From Clostridia bacterium (GTDB lineage Bacteria > Bacillota > Clostridia > Christensenellales > Aristaeellaceae), in contig JAUNJB010000003.1 in assembly GCA_030535375.1 (NCBI GenBank), positions 1 to 54,956 on the forward strand: a stretch of DNA of 54,956 nt, written 5' to 3'. Under the pieces are notes generated by a model. The model saw only the letters and a list, made by a program, of their open reading frames with translations. It had not been told where the DNA came from and did no database searches. Shown here piece after piece: positions 17,876-26,430 of this stretch. Both the position numbers and the translations under genes were made by a program. Position 1 is the stretch's first letter. Every line of letters begins with the position of its first letter.

Positions 17876-19246
17876 TTATCTTCTGCGAAGCCCCTTCGGA
17901 TAGTGGTTTTTCATCTGGCCGTTTGCCTGTTTGCCCCAGCCCAGCGATACGCCCTCGTGACACAGCAGCGTGTATCCCGCGGGAAGATCGCCCAGCTCGA
18001 GCGTTTCTCCGGCCTGATAGGAAAGCGCCTGCTCATACGTCAGCGATACCGAGCGCGCCGCCTGTTTAGGACGCAGGGCCATGGCCAGCGCGTGGTCGGG
18101 TTCGGCGCGGCGGCCCTCCGCATGGGCCAGCAGCAGTCCGGTGCGCAGCACGCGCAGGCCGGTCAGAAGCTCCGGGTCAAGCCCATCGGGCCATGCCCAC
18201 AGGCAGCCGCCCGAGGCGCGAAGGCGGGGGAAGTGCACGCCGGGGGCGAGAACATCCGGCAGGGAGAGCGGCGCATCCTTTGTCCCGCGGGAACACTGGC
18301 CGCGCGCGGGCTTATTAGCCCTGCCAAGCGGCCTTTGCGCGGCGCATTCGGGCGCGGATGACGCGCCCGAATGATTTTGCAGCAGGGAGACGAAGTGTCC
18401 CTCGCCGCGAATTTCGTGCGGATAGAGATGCACATAGCCGCAGTCCGCCCGCGGCAGACCGGGCAGGGCGAACGGCACGAGCGTGAATTCGTCGTGGATA
18501 TCCAGGAAGCGCCTGAGGACGCCCTCGTTCTCCGTGTCGTTGAACGTACAGGTGGAATAGACCAGCGTGCCGCCGGGGACGAGCATCCTGGATGCCTCTT
18601 CCAATATATCCAGCTGGCGGTCGGCACAGCCGCGCGGTGAGTTTTCATTCCATTCATCCCGCGCCTCGGCCTGGCGGCGGAACATGCCCTCTCCGGAGCA
18701 GGGCGCGTCCACCAGAATCCGGTCAAAGAACGCGGGAAAGCGGGATGTGAGCTGGCCGGGCAGCGCGCAGGTGACCACGGCGTTCTGCACGCCCATGCGT
18801 TCGAGGTTGCGGGAGAGCACCTGCGCGCGGGAGGGAACGGGTTCGTTGCACACGAGCAGCCCTTGCCCACCCATCAGCGCGGCGATCTGCGTGCTTTTGC
18901 CGCCGGGCGCGGCGCACAAATCGAGCACGCGCTCCCCGGGCTGTGGATCAAGCGCCGAAACGGGGGCCAGCGCGCTGGGCTCCTGAAGATAGAACAGCCC
19001 GCCCTCGTGCAGGGGGGAGAGGCCGGGGCGCGCGTCGCCTTCCACGAAATATGCGCCCCCGGCCCATGGCACCGGCCCGCCCAGGCCGTCGATGGGGCAG
19101 GGCGGCGTGCCGTCCGGGCACAAAAGAAGATTGACGCGCAGAGCGCGGGCCACGGGCTGCTCAAGCGCGTTTTGGTACGCAAAAAAGCCTGCTTCACCGA
19201 GCAGGCGCTTCATTTGGCTGATATAAGCAGGGGGCAGCGGATTCAT
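17876..19246 (-). CDS. RsmB/RsmF (NOL1/NOP2/Sun) family rRNA m5C methyltransferase
   Basis: ...VLDLCAAPGGKSTQIA... SAM motif, ...ILVDAPCSGEGMFRR... and ...LVYSTCTF... catalytic Cys motifs, plus a C-terminal PUA-like tail. The ATG at 19246 has AAGGAG upstream. Confidence 0.8.
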   Translation of the reverse strand: MNPLPPAYISQMKRLLGEAGFFAYQNALEQPVARALRVNLLLCPDGTPPCPIDGLGGPVPWAGGAYFVEGDARPGLSPLHEGGLFYLQEPSALAPVSALDPQPGERVLDLCAAPGGKSTQIAALMGGQGLLVCNEPVPSRAQVLSRNLERMGVQNAVVTCALPGQLTSRFPAFFDRILVDAPCSGEGMFRRQAEARDEWNENSPRGCADRQLDILEEASRMLVPGGTLVYSTCTFNDTENEGVLRRFLDIHDEFTLVPFALPGLPRADCGYVHLYPHEIRGEGHFVSLLQNHSGASSAPECAAQRPLGRANKPARGQCSRGTKDAPLSLPDVLAPGVHFPRLRASGGCLWAWPDGLDPELLTGLRVLRTGLLLAHAEGRRAEPDHALAMALRPKQAARSVSLTYEQALSYQAGETLELGDLPAGYTLLCHEGVSLGWGKQANGQMKNHYPKGLRRR

Positions 19247-19268
19247 AGATTGGAATTCTCCTTGGCAG

Positions 19269-19676
19269 TCAGGCCTGCGCGGCATGGGGGTCATCGTTGC
19301 TTGGCAGCAGCACGGCGCAAAGGCGTCTGCGCTCATCGATGCCGGATTCGACCACGTACATGCGGCCGATCTCACAGGCGGAGTTGAATACGGATTCCGT
19401 CGTCGTCAGGATGCAGAATACGCTTTTCGAGGCGCGGGAAAGCATGGGGCGGAATACGACATTGGGCGGCTCCAGGCCCGCCTTGCGCAGCTTTTGCGCG
19501 AAGCGGCGATAGGCCGTGTTGGCTTTGGCGGCATCATGATAGACATCCGGCGACAGCACAAGCGTGCCGACGCCCCGGTCGATCTGGCTGGATGTCTGAT
19601 AGCGGCCTTGCCAGGGCCTGTCCTCGGGCCAGGCGATGATGTCTACCACAGCGCGGCCCGTCTCGATGGTGCGCAT
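19269..19676 (-). CDS. hypothetical protein (135 aa), apparently co-transcribed with the methyltransferase
   Basis: The ATG at 19676 has GGGAGGG 7 nt upstream, and a promoter-like element lies further upstream. The stop is 22 nt before the next gene. I recognise no family. Confidence 0.5.
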   Translation of the reverse strand: MRTIETGRAVVDIIAWPEDRPWQGRYQTSSQIDRGVGTLVLSPDVYHDAAKANTAYRRFAQKLRKAGLEPPNVVFRPMLSRASKSVFCILTTTESVFNSACEIGRMYVVESGIDERRRLCAVLLPSNDDPHAAQA

Positions 19677-19718
19677 CCGCAATCCCTCCCTTCACAAGAA
19701 AAACATGTTTACATATTG

Positions 19719-19748
19719 ATTATAACACACTTGCGAAGGAAACGGCAA
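19719..19748 (-). promoter_or_regulatory. sigma-A-type promoter candidate (extended -10) for the hypothetical-rsmF-like pair
   Basis: The minus strand reads TTGCCG-18 nt-(TGt)TATAAT. Confidence 0.5.
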
Positions 19749-19834
19749 GAAAAACCGATGTATTGCCAATATTTTCAGCATATTTTGTGATGTTTGATGT
19801 GTATATTCGTTCACTTAGCGTCAGAACGCGGGAA

Positions 19835-20665
19835 TCACCTGAGCTCCTGCGCGGCGCAAAGCGCGGCGACGCAGCCCTCGCCCACGGCCTTGGCCACCTG
19901 CAGCGGCGCGCCAGTGCAGTCGCCCGCGGCGAATACGCCGGGTACGCTCGTGCGCATCTGGCGATCCACGCGGATAAACGCGCCGTCCATTTTGAGCCCG
20001 GGCAGAAGCGAAGAGAGGGCCAGCGCCTCGCGGAAGATGAACACGCCGTCAAACGGCAGATCCGTACCGTCCGCGCGAAGGCCGGTTGCCCGGGCTTCGC
20101 CGAGGATGGCCTCGGGCTTTTGATCGCTGACCGCGATGCGCGAATCCAGGGCGCCGTTCGGCTTGCCGAAGAATGTGACGCTTTCGCAAAGGCTGGCCAG
20201 GAAGTTGGCCTCGCTCAGCGCCTCCGGTCCCTGCGCGATGACGGCGACGCGCTTGCCGCGGTAGAGCATGCCGTCGCACGTGCCGCAGTAGCTGACGCCG
20301 CGGCCGAGCAATTCGTTTTCGCCGGGCAGCAGGCGCGGCTGCCTGGCGCCGGTGCACAGAATGACGCGCCGGGCCTCCAAAAAGTCCGCGCCCAGGGAGA
20401 GCGCGAAGCTCTCGCCCATGGGCAGAATCTGGTGGACGACGCCGGGACGCAGCTGTGCGCCCATGGCCTCCGCCTGCGTGATCATCGCGTCAAGCAGCCC
20501 CTGGCCGGAAATATCCGGCAGGCCGGGATAATTGCCGATATGCGCCGCGCGCGTGAGCCAGCCGGTATTTTGTCCGATGACGACGATGGATTTATCCCGC
20601 TTCCGGGCGTTGATCGCGGCGGAATAGCCCGCCGGACCCGCGCCGATGACGGCGATGTCAAACAT
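19835..20665 (-). CDS. thioredoxin-reductase-like FAD/NAD(P)-dependent oxidoreductase (short form)
   Basis: MFDIAVIGAGPAGYSAA FAD motif, a redox motif CGTCDG (the canonical TrxB motif is CATCDG), and GVFAAGDC. It is only 276 aa. Confidence 0.8.
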   Translation of the reverse strand: MFDIAVIGAGPAGYSAAINARKRDKSIVVIGQNTGWLTRAAHIGNYPGLPDISGQGLLDAMITQAEAMGAQLRPGVVHQILPMGESFALSLGADFLEARRVILCTGARQPRLLPGENELLGRGVSYCGTCDGMLYRGKRVAVIAQGPEALSEANFLASLCESVTFFGKPNGALDSRIAVSDQKPEAILGEARATGLRADGTDLPFDGVFIFREALALSSLLPGLKMDGAFIRVDRQMRTSVPGVFAAGDCTGAPLQVAKAVGEGCVAALCAAQELR

Positions 20666-20713
20666 ATTGGATACCTCCAGAGATGATCGGCCCCCGGGCC
20701 GAAACCCTTTGTG

Positions 20714-22966
20714 TTATTTGAGCTCCACGGTCTTTCCGCTCAGCGTGATGAACAGCGGCTCGCCGTCAAGCAGCTTGACGGCGGCGCCCCCGCGGAACAC
20801 GCTGATCTCGATCAGCCGGCCGCGGTAGACGATCTTGAAGGCGTAGCCCTCCCACCCGTCTGGAAGCTGGGGATCAAAGCTCAGGCTGCCGGAGATCGTG
20901 CGCATGCCCGCAAAGCCCTGGACGATCGACAGCCAGCTGCCGGCCATCGAGGTGATGTGCAGGCCGTCGGAGGTGTCGTTGTTGATGTTGTCCAGATCCA
21001 GACGCGCGGTGCGCCGGTAAAGCTCCTGCGCCTTGTCGAGCTCGCCGATGCCTGCGGCCAGGATGCTGTGCACGCAGGGGGAGAGGCTCGACTCGTGAAC
21101 GGTCATCGGCTCGTAAAATTCGAAATTGCGGCGGATGGTGTCCTTATCGTACAGGTGCTCCAGGAAATACAGCCCCTGAAGCGTGTCGGCCTGCTTGATG
21201 AAGCAGGAGCGCAGAATTCTGTCCCAGCTCCACTTCTGGTTGAGCGGGCGGTCCTCCGCCGGCAGGCTGCTGGCGGGCATGAGATCCTTGTCAAGGAAGG
21301 TGTCGTGCTGCACGAAGATGCCGAGCTCCTCGTCATAGGGCAGGTACATCTTCTCGCTGATTTCGCGGAACCTGCGGATCTCTTCCGCGCTGACGCCGAG
21401 CGTCTGCGCCTTCTCGCGGGGGACGAGCATCAGCTGGTCCGCCGTGTAGGAGAGCACCCATGCCGCCATGCGATTGGTGTACCAGTTGTTGTTGACGTTG
21501 TTCTCATACTCGTTGGGGCCTGTGACGCCATGGATCATGTATTTGTCCGCGCGCTTTGAGTAGTGAACGCGCCCCGCCCAGAAGCGGGCAATGCCCAGCA
21601 GCACGTCGATGCCGTAGTCGTTGAGGTAGCTGCGGTCTCCGGTGTACTGCGTATACGCGTAGATGGCATAGGCGATGGCGCTGTTGCGGTGGATCTCCTC
21701 AAAGGTGATCTCCCACTCGTTGTGGCATTCCACACCGGTGAAGGTGACCATCGGGTAGAGCGCGCCGGGCAGGCCCTGCTGGCGCGCGTTGTGATAGGCG
21801 CCGTCGAGCTGAAGCCAGCGGTATTTGAGCAGGTTGTGGGCCACGTCCTCTCCGGCGATGGCGGTGTACATCGGCAGACAGTACGCCTCGGTGTCCCAAT
21901 AGGTGGCGCCGCCGTATTTTTCGCCGGTGAAGCCCTTGGGGCCGATGTTCAGCCTGGCGTCCTCGCCATAGTATGTGGAGAAGAGCTGGAAGATGTTGAA
22001 GCGGATGCCCTGCTGCGCGGCGATATCGCCGTCGATGCGCACGTCGGCTTTCTCCCAGCGGCGTGCCCAGGCGCGCTCCTGCTCGCGGCGCAGCGCGTCA
22101 TAGCCCGCCGTCTGCGCGACGAGGGCGCCTGTGCGCGCGCTCAGGGAGAGCTGGCTTTCCTGGTGATCGCGGCTGGTGGCGACGCAGACAAATTTGTCGC
22201 AGCCCACGGTCTCATCCGCCTCGCAATCGAAGACGAGCTTGCGGGCGACGTAGGCCTCCTCGACGGAAACCTTGTTCTTTTTGGGGCGAGACGCCGGCGA
22301 AGCCGCCATTGCGCCGCACACGGCAAAGCGCGGCGTGCCGAAGGGATTTTCCTTCGTGCGCACGTTGACGCTCAAAATGCCGTTTGCGTCCTCGTCCTCG
22401 CCCTCAAAGAGCCAGAACGTCTCGTCATAATTGGAATCTTCGTTGTGCACATCGGCGTCGATGGCCGGAATCAGGGCGACCTTGCAGTCGTAATCCGGCG
22501 TTACGCGGCAGCGCAGGGCCAGAATCTCCGGCCGGGCGATGGACACAAAGCGCTCAAACCGCACGCGGACCGCACCCTCTGCCCGGTGAATGACAAACTC
22601 GCGGCTGAGTATGCCGGACTGCATGTCGAGCACACGGGAGAAGGATTCCACCTGATCGTTGGCCAGGTCGATATCCTCCCCGTTGATCCGAATGCGCAGG
22701 GAGATGATGTTCATGGCGTTGATGACCTTGCCGAAGTAGAGCGGATAGCCGTTCTTCCACCAGCCCACGCGGGTCTTGTCCGGGAACCAGACGCCCGCCA
22801 GATAGGTGCCGCGGTGGCTGTCGCCGGAGTAGCGCTCCTCAAAGTTGCCGCGCATGCCCATGTGGCCGTTGCCGATGGAGGTCATCGATTCGGACAGGCG
22901 CATATCCTCCCGGTGAAGCTCCGTTTCCACGAGCTTCCAGGGATCGTAAGCGAAGATCGTTTTCAT
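20714..22966 (-). CDS. GH65 glycoside phosphorylase (maltose/kojibiose phosphorylase type)
   Basis: ...ESMTSIGNGHMGMRGNFEE..., ...FTGEKYGGATYWDTE..., 750 aa, with the typical GH65 N-terminal, catalytic and C-terminal layout. Confidence 0.9.
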   Translation of the reverse strand: MKTIFAYDPWKLVETELHREDMRLSESMTSIGNGHMGMRGNFEERYSGDSHRGTYLAGVWFPDKTRVGWWKNGYPLYFGKVINAMNIISLRIRINGEDIDLANDQVESFSRVLDMQSGILSREFVIHRAEGAVRVRFERFVSIARPEILALRCRVTPDYDCKVALIPAIDADVHNEDSNYDETFWLFEGEDEDANGILSVNVRTKENPFGTPRFAVCGAMAASPASRPKKNKVSVEEAYVARKLVFDCEADETVGCDKFVCVATSRDHQESQLSLSARTGALVAQTAGYDALRREQERAWARRWEKADVRIDGDIAAQQGIRFNIFQLFSTYYGEDARLNIGPKGFTGEKYGGATYWDTEAYCLPMYTAIAGEDVAHNLLKYRWLQLDGAYHNARQQGLPGALYPMVTFTGVECHNEWEITFEEIHRNSAIAYAIYAYTQYTGDRSYLNDYGIDVLLGIARFWAGRVHYSKRADKYMIHGVTGPNEYENNVNNNWYTNRMAAWVLSYTADQLMLVPREKAQTLGVSAEEIRRFREISEKMYLPYDEELGIFVQHDTFLDKDLMPASSLPAEDRPLNQKWSWDRILRSCFIKQADTLQGLYFLEHLYDKDTIRRNFEFYEPMTVHESSLSPCVHSILAAGIGELDKAQELYRRTARLDLDNINNDTSDGLHITSMAGSWLSIVQGFAGMRTISGSLSFDPQLPDGWEGYAFKIVYRGRLIEISVFRGGAAVKLLDGEPLFITLSGKTVELK

Positions 22967-23031
22967 GGCGATATATCCTCAAGCTTTCTTCTTTTCGGTT
23001 TAGGATGACCGTAAAAGAGCATATCATGTCA

Positions 23032-23058
23032 AAAAAGCCGCAAAAGACTGCGGCTTTG
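23032..23058 (-). terminator. intrinsic terminator downstream of the YhcH-family gene
   Basis: The minus strand reads AAGCCGCA-gtctt-TTGCGGCTT followed by TTTT. Confidence 0.65.
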
Positions 23059-23068
23059 GTGGTTTGCA

Positions 23069-23512
23069 TCAGGAGAGCACGGGAATCTTGACGACAACCT
23101 TGCGGTAGTGCTTGGGGAATTCGTGATGGCAGCCCGCCTTATGGCCGTCGCTGGGGAACATGATGTAGAACATGCCCGGGCGCACGGAGACGGACGTGGA
23201 GGTGCCGGTGTAGAAGTAATTATCGTGCTCAGGGTCCTCGGAAACCTTGTTCAGCTCCTGAATATGGGCCCAGGACATGCGCTCGCCGCCGGCGATGCAG
23301 TATTGCAGATCGATGTAATTCTTATGTGCCTCCAGGTTGACGGTGTCAAGCTGACGGGTATCGCCTTCGGAGACCGTTGCAAACAGGCCGTTTTCCAGCT
23401 CATACCGGCCGGGCTCCAGATCGGGCGCTTCTGCCAGAAACGCGAAGGCGAGCTCCATGTCTTTATGCAGCGCGTAGTAACGCTCTTGTTCCTCGATGCG
23501 ATCAATGATCAC
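23069..23512 (-). CDS. YhcH/YjgK/YiaL (EbgC-like, DUF386) family protein
   Basis: ...GRYELENGLFATVSEGDTRQ...EAHKNYIDLQYCIAGGERM.... GTG start with AAAAGGAGG 9 nt upstream. Confidence 0.8.
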   Translation of the reverse strand: MIIDRIEEQERYYALHKDMELAFAFLAEAPDLEPGRYELENGLFATVSEGDTRQLDTVNLEAHKNYIDLQYCIAGGERMSWAHIQELNKVSEDPEHDNYFYTGTSTSVSVRPGMFYIMFPSDGHKAGCHHEFPKHYRKVVVKIPVLS

Positions 23513-23569
23513 AGGGATCGACCTCCTTTTTTGGTTCGTTCTACATTATAGAGCAATTGGAAAAAACAG

Positions 23570-23680
23570 TCAAGAGGAGCGCGCGCCGGGGGCGCTGACC
23601 GCCCGCAGGATGCGCATATTCAGGTCGGACAGCGCGTTAAAGCGGCCGTAGTGCTTGCTCAGATTTTCGGTGACTAGCAT
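23570..23680 (-). pseudogene. remnant of an ABC transporter ATP-binding gene (N-terminal ~24 codons, then out-of-family sequence and a stop)
   Basis: Not in the ORF track (36 codons). GGGAGGAATGCGGC-ATG, then MLVTENLSKHYGRFNALSDLNMRI, the canonical ABC ATPase N-terminus. Instead of the Walker A segment it continues LRAVSAPGARSS-stop. Confidence 0.45.
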
Positions 23681-23739
23681 GCCGCATTCCTCCCGTTACA
23701 GCATTTACCTCAAGCCTGCGGCAATCGGCCGCGGTGTGC

Positions 23740-24777
23740 TCACTTTGGTTCATATTCATCCGCGAAGGCAATGACGGCCTGGCGGATGCGCTCGCTGCCC
23801 GCCCACATGTCCTGTGTGTCGGCGACGCGGTTTTCCCCCGCGGCCATCGCGCGCATGATGGCGTCGCTGATATCGCCGCTGTGGTGGGAGTAATCAAAGT
23901 AGGAATCGAGGTCGGTGATCCACTCGATGCGCGAGGAGAAATCGTAGATTTCCACATTGGGATAGTCAAGCAGCAGCTCGCACACCCTCGCGCGGGAGCG
24001 GAATTGCTGCTCGGAGAGGCCTCCGCGCGTCATCGTGTACCAATAGGCGACGGAGTACGGCGGCATGTAGATTTTGAACGTCGTTTCGGGATGCGCCATG
24101 ACATAGGGCTCGATGTGCCTGCGAATGTTCTCCGTGGAGCGCTCGATGCGGTATTCCGGATCGGTCATCTCCTTTTGAGGCGAGAAGATAAAGCTGTCGA
24201 ATACGCTTTGTGAGGAGAAGGTCACGTCCGTCCACTGGTACATGTCATCGCGCTTGGTGGCCGTGGACTTTCCGATGTTTTTGAGCATCCTGGGAATCTT
24301 GACGAGCACCACGTCGCGGTTGAGCAGATAGTTCACATCGTCGAGCAGGCTGTCGTTCCACAGGTAATCGTAGATTTCCTCGTCGTCATCGGGCGGGCCC
24401 ATGAGGCTGTAGGCGTCGACGGCAAGGATGGCAAGCTTAAGCTCATGCGTGTCCAGCACATGGGAGAGCTGCCAGCCCATCTGCGCCGTATGCGAGCCGC
24501 GCATGGGCAGCTTTACGGAAGAGACGCCGAAGCATTCGTCGATCACCGACGGATGGCTCATCTCGATCATCGATGTGCCGAGAATCACGGCGTCGTATTC
24601 GTAATTCCTGGCGATGCCCGGGTTGTTGTAGCTCTCCTGATCGTACAGGGGAAGGATGGCGGATTCGCGGTATTGCTCAAACGGGTCGACGATATACACC
24701 AATCCTGCGCAGAGCAGCAGCCCCAGCACGCATATGGCCAGGGTGAATAAGGACCAGCGTTTGACGGTGCGCAGCAT
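23740..24777 (-). CDS. membrane-anchored protein, possibly DltD/SGNH-like
   Basis: The ATG at 24777 has AAAGGAGAA 8 nt upstream. N-terminal anchor WSLFTLAICVLGLLLCAGLVYIV. AVILGTSMIE resembles the DltD GSSEL serine block, and the C-terminal DYSHHSGD resembles the D..H block. The family assignment is from memory. The 85-codon N-terminal extension in the track ORF is rejected. Confidence 0.6.
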   Translation of the reverse strand: MLRTVKRWSLFTLAICVLGLLLCAGLVYIVDPFEQYRESAILPLYDQESYNNPGIARNYEYDAVILGTSMIEMSHPSVIDECFGVSSVKLPMRGSHTAQMGWQLSHVLDTHELKLAILAVDAYSLMGPPDDDEEIYDYLWNDSLLDDVNYLLNRDVVLVKIPRMLKNIGKSTATKRDDMYQWTDVTFSSQSVFDSFIFSPQKEMTDPEYRIERSTENIRRHIEPYVMAHPETTFKIYMPPYSVAYWYTMTRGGLSEQQFRSRARVCELLLDYPNVEIYDFSSRIEWITDLDSYFDYSHHSGDISDAIMRAMAAGENRVADTQDMWAGSERIRQAVIAFADEYEPK

Positions 24778-24811
24778 GATCACGCGTTCTCCTTTCCGCA
24801 TTTTCCCATTT

Positions 24812-24840
24812 AGTTTACGTGGTTTCCCAGAGGATGTCAA
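24812..24840 (-). promoter_or_regulatory. sigma-A-type promoter candidate for the DltD-like gene
   Basis: The minus strand reads TTGACA-17 nt-TAAACT. Confidence 0.5.
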
Positions 24841-25148
24841 GGTGGATGGATACAATCCTCTCTCGATTGAAAGCCTTAATTGCCGCATGAGGGACGCGCC
24901 GGGCCGGAGGGGGCAGATCGCGAAGCGGGCGTCCCCGCCGGAAGCGGGGGACGGCGCCCTTTCCTCCAGGAAACGACCAGGGCTCCGGGGATGACGCTGC
25001 TCCCGCTGCATCCTTCTCTTGTTCATTTCCACCCTGTGAATTCAAGCATCCAGACAAAAGCGGAAGGAAAAAGGAAGCGCCATGCAGCGCGTAGAGAAAT
25101 GCCATGGCCGACGGCGGTTTTCCATCCTGCATGAGGGGGAATTCATGG

Positions 25149-25177
25149 TTGGCAATTCGCGCCTGAGAGGGTATAAT
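25149..25177 (+). promoter_or_regulatory. sigma-A-type promoter candidate for deoD
   Basis: TTGGCA-17 nt-TATAAT, about 30 nt upstream of the ATG. Confidence 0.55.
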
Positions 25178-25210
25178 AGGAACAGAACATACACAGAAAG
25201 GGGCATTTAT

Positions 25211-25924
25211 ATGGCCAATCCCAATATTCCCACCCCGCATATCACCGCCAAGGAGGGCGACTTTGCCCGCACGGTGCTGATGCCGGGCGATCCGCTGCGC
25301 TCCAAGTTTATCGCGGAGACCTATTTGGAGGATGCCGTGCTTGTCAATAATACGCGCGGCGTGCAGGGGTATACGGGCACCTACAAGGGAAAGCGCGTGT
25401 CCGTGATGGCCTCGGGCATGGGCATTCCGTCCATCGGCATCTATTCCTACGAGCTGTTCAACTTCTATGGCGTGGAAAACATCATTCGTGTCGGCACGGC
25501 CGGCGGCCTGGGCGATAACGTCAAAGTGCGCGATGTCGTGATGGGCATGAGCGCATATACCAACTCTAACTTTGGCCGCCAGTTTGGCTTTGAGGGCAAT
25601 GTGGCGCCGTGCTGCTCGTTCAGGCTGCTGGAATCCGCTGTGTCCGCCGCGCGCAGAATGGGCATCGAACCGAACGTTGGCGCGCTGTATTCCTCCGATA
25701 TCTTCTACGATGAGTCCGGGGCGGGCGGCAAGCTCAAGAAGCTGGGCGTTCTGGCGGTGGAGATGGAGTCCGCCGCGCTCTATCTCAACGCGGCTCGCGC
25801 GGGCAAAAACGCGCTGGCCATCTGCACCATATCCGACCACATCTTCACGGGAGAATCCCTGTCCGCGGAGGACAGGCAGACCACCTTTACCCAGATGATG
25901 GAGATCGCGCTGGAAATCGCGTGA
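25211..25924 (+). CDS. deoD: purine nucleoside phosphorylase, DeoD type
   Basis: MANPNIPTPHITAKEGDFARTVLMPGDPLRSKFIAETYL...VMASGMGIPSIGIYSYEL...RVGTAGG...LAVEMESAALY. The ATG at 25211 has AAAGGGG upstream. Confidence 0.9.
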   Translation: MANPNIPTPHITAKEGDFARTVLMPGDPLRSKFIAETYLEDAVLVNNTRGVQGYTGTYKGKRVSVMASGMGIPSIGIYSYELFNFYGVENIIRVGTAGGLGDNVKVRDVVMGMSAYTNSNFGRQFGFEGNVAPCCSFRLLESAVSAARRMGIEPNVGALYSSDIFYDESGAGGKLKKLGVLAVEMESAALYLNAARAGKNALAICTISDHIFTGESLSAEDRQTTFTQMMEIALEIA

Positions 25925-25943
25925 CGCGGGGTGAGGACGACAC

Positions 25944-26420
25944 ATGAGCATGGAAAGAGCGAGGGCTCATCTGAAACGGTATGGGCTTGAGGACAGAATC
26001 AGGGAATTTGACGTCTCCAGCGCGACGGTGGCGTTGGCTGCCGAGGCCCTGGGCTGTGAGCCCGCGCATATCGCCAAAACGCTGTCCTTTGAGCGTGGGG
26101 ACGGCGCCGTTCTGGTGATCGCCGCGGGCGATGCGCGCATCGATAACGCGAAGTTCAAGGCGGCGTTTGGAATGAAAGCGCGCATGCTGAGCGCGGACAG
26201 GGTGGAGCCGCTGATCGGCCACGCGGTCGGCGGAGTGTGCCCGTTCGGCGTCAACGAGGGCATACCGGTATATCTGGACGCGTCCCTCAGGCAGTACGAC
26301 ATCGTGTATCCCGCATCGGGGACGTCGTCAAGCGCTGTGAGGCTGACACCCGATGAGCTGTATCGCGCGAGTGAGGCCGCCGGCTGGGTGGACGTGTGCA
26401 GGGAAAAATCATCGATTTAA
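25944..26420 (+). CDS. YbaK/EbsC-family aminoacyl-tRNA deacylase domain protein
   Basis: ...ATVALAAEALGCEPAHIAKTLSF...VLVIAAGDARIDNAKFK...GHAVGGVCPFG... is the typical YbaK/ProX pattern. Confidence 0.8.
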   Translation: MSMERARAHLKRYGLEDRIREFDVSSATVALAAEALGCEPAHIAKTLSFERGDGAVLVIAAGDARIDNAKFKAAFGMKARMLSADRVEPLIGHAVGGVCPFGVNEGIPVYLDASLRQYDIVYPASGTSSSAVRLTPDELYRASEAAGWVDVCREKSSI

Positions 26421-26430
26421 AGGAGTTTTT

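Noticed and set aside
23637-23969. 110-aa minus-strand ORF spanning the end of the DltD-like gene and the ABC fragment region.
   Set aside because: It overlaps the 3' end of a better-supported gene in another frame, has no RBS and is Pro/Ser/Thr/Arg-rich. The only meaningful reading of 23570..23680 is the ABC ATPase N-terminal fragment.
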